Both the position numbers and the translations under genes were made by a program. A stretch of 64,000 nt of DNA from positions 29,698,001-29,762,000 of the forward strand of contig OZ004610.1 in NCBI GenBank assembly GCA_963924565.1. Reading direction: 5' to 3'. Below, in pieces: positions 62,629-64,000 of the stretch (positions are counted from its first letter, which is position 1; every line of letters begins with the position of its first letter). This DNA comes from Ascidiella aspersa. Lineage: Eukaryota. The notes under the pieces were generated by a model, which ran no database searches, was not told the origin of the DNA, and saw only the letters and a program-made list of their open reading frames with translations.

Positions 62629-63089
62629 GTATAGACCTTTGTCCCGAATCACACAAAACGGTACGTTAGTAAAACTAAATCCTCGTCTAATTTCGTTAAT
62701 TAATACCGCCTTTATGCAACTCTACCACAGCGCAGTTTGATGGGCCTGAAGCAAATGTGCTGACAGGTGCACGCGTTCGCGCTTTATGGTTGTCAACTGG
62801 CAAGCGTGACAACAGCAGTAAGACTGTTTGCCTCATCCTGCCAGCGATGGCAAATCCACTGACACCTTATCGTCGGCTGCCTATCAAAGCCTACTGCAGG
62901 GCAACAGGGTTGAATTTAGCCTGTCCTACACTATTATATTTTGGCGGAAATGAGCGTGTATGTAAAACGCAATGCAGAAGCTGGTCCAGTGCACCGCTGA
63001 TTACATGCAGTCGTTGGAAAGGTCATATATACTTTGATTGGCGTTGTACATCTACTCTAAAACAGTAACAGTTATTTAACCCTTTAAAT

Positions 63090-63492
63090 CAGGGGTGGCC
63101 AACCAGTCAGCGACCAAGTGCCCTATTTCTGCTGTGTTAACCGCATATAGAGTCACAATTTACAAATGGGCAGAAATAACTATAAAAACGCAGTGTCTTA
63201 CTAACATGCACAGATACTGTATTTTTTGTTTAGCCAGATTTATTTTGAATGTTACGCACCAATGTGAAAATGAAAAATGTACAAGACATACTGTCATGTG
63301 TGTTATAGTATAGCGGGTCAGTTATTATATTTTTGAAAGGCAGGCTTGCAAAAGTCAGTTACTAAGTAAATTGGCGACTTAACCGAAGTTAACTTACAAT
63401 CTAAAGAAAATATAAAAAACAACGAACCAAAAGAACTGCATAAAACCTGTAAAAGAAACGCATGTGGCTCGCGAGCGTGTTTATCAGCCCTG
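63090..63492. mobile_element. Degenerate hAT MITE
   Basis: caggggtggccaac start; gcatgtggctcgcgagc subterminal motif and cagccctg end. Confidence 0.55.
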
Positions 63493-64000
63493 CAGTCTAA
63501 ATTATCGCGTTGAGATTTGAGTAAAACAAGTTAGCATGCGGAATGTGATTGCGATTGGAAGATGCGCTCTTTGCGTTAAATTGATCGGCAACACGTTGTT
63601 GCCCGTGTACTATCTTCCCAAAGGCCTGCAAATTAGAGAAAATTGCTTGTTGATTTAACGGCCGCAATCTTGTTAAACGATTGATTGCTTGACCTTGAAG
63701 CCAACGGGCATTAAAGATTTATGCCGGGTTCGATCAGTGATGTATTGTGTGGTTTGCTGATACAGTGGCAATTAGAATACAAAATGAGTACCTGCTGTGA
63801 CAAAAAATTGGTCGATGGCTGTGGTAATTGCACGACATTAATTCATTACTGTATTACAAGCGATTTTCCTATAAATTTAATTTCATCTGCAATTCTATGC
63901 AAACCAGAAGGCACCATTTTAACTCGATATATTTTGCCATTAAGATTTCATGAACTTATCATTCGGATAACTGTCTGGCCAACATATCGATTTTCTATTA

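Overview
Eukaryotic (invertebrate, most likely ascidian/tunicate by inference) genomic DNA; nearly all ORFs in the supplied track are non-coding or shadow frames, and the real genes only appear after manual splicing. Three protein-coding genes can be assembled with canonical GT-AG junctions and consistent phases. (1) The 5' end of a secreted or membrane MAM-domain gene on the minus strand (exons 923-812 and 109-1, running off the window). (2) A complete 6-exon TEX36-like HDNR-motif gene on the minus strand (6657-3502, 216 aa) with an RFX X-box about 330 bp upstream. (3) A 15-coding-exon BTB/POZ plus two-C2H2 zinc-finger transcription factor of the ZBTB8/10/46 type on the plus strand (8173-58323, 607 aa), whose BTB domain is interrupted by a 30.8-kb, CpG-rich intron with several regulatory-looking islands. 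The window also holds several hAT MITEs with 8-bp TSDs, tRNA-derived SINEs, Penelope-like inverted remnants (one with a hammerhead ribozyme core) and many local tandem duplications, some of which copy splice sites. Most interesting leads: sequence features that could make BTB-only or BTB-less isoforms at the giant intron, the intronic hammerhead, duplicated AG|GT splice sites before the zinc-finger exon, and a possible antisense spliced transcript interleaved with both genes.
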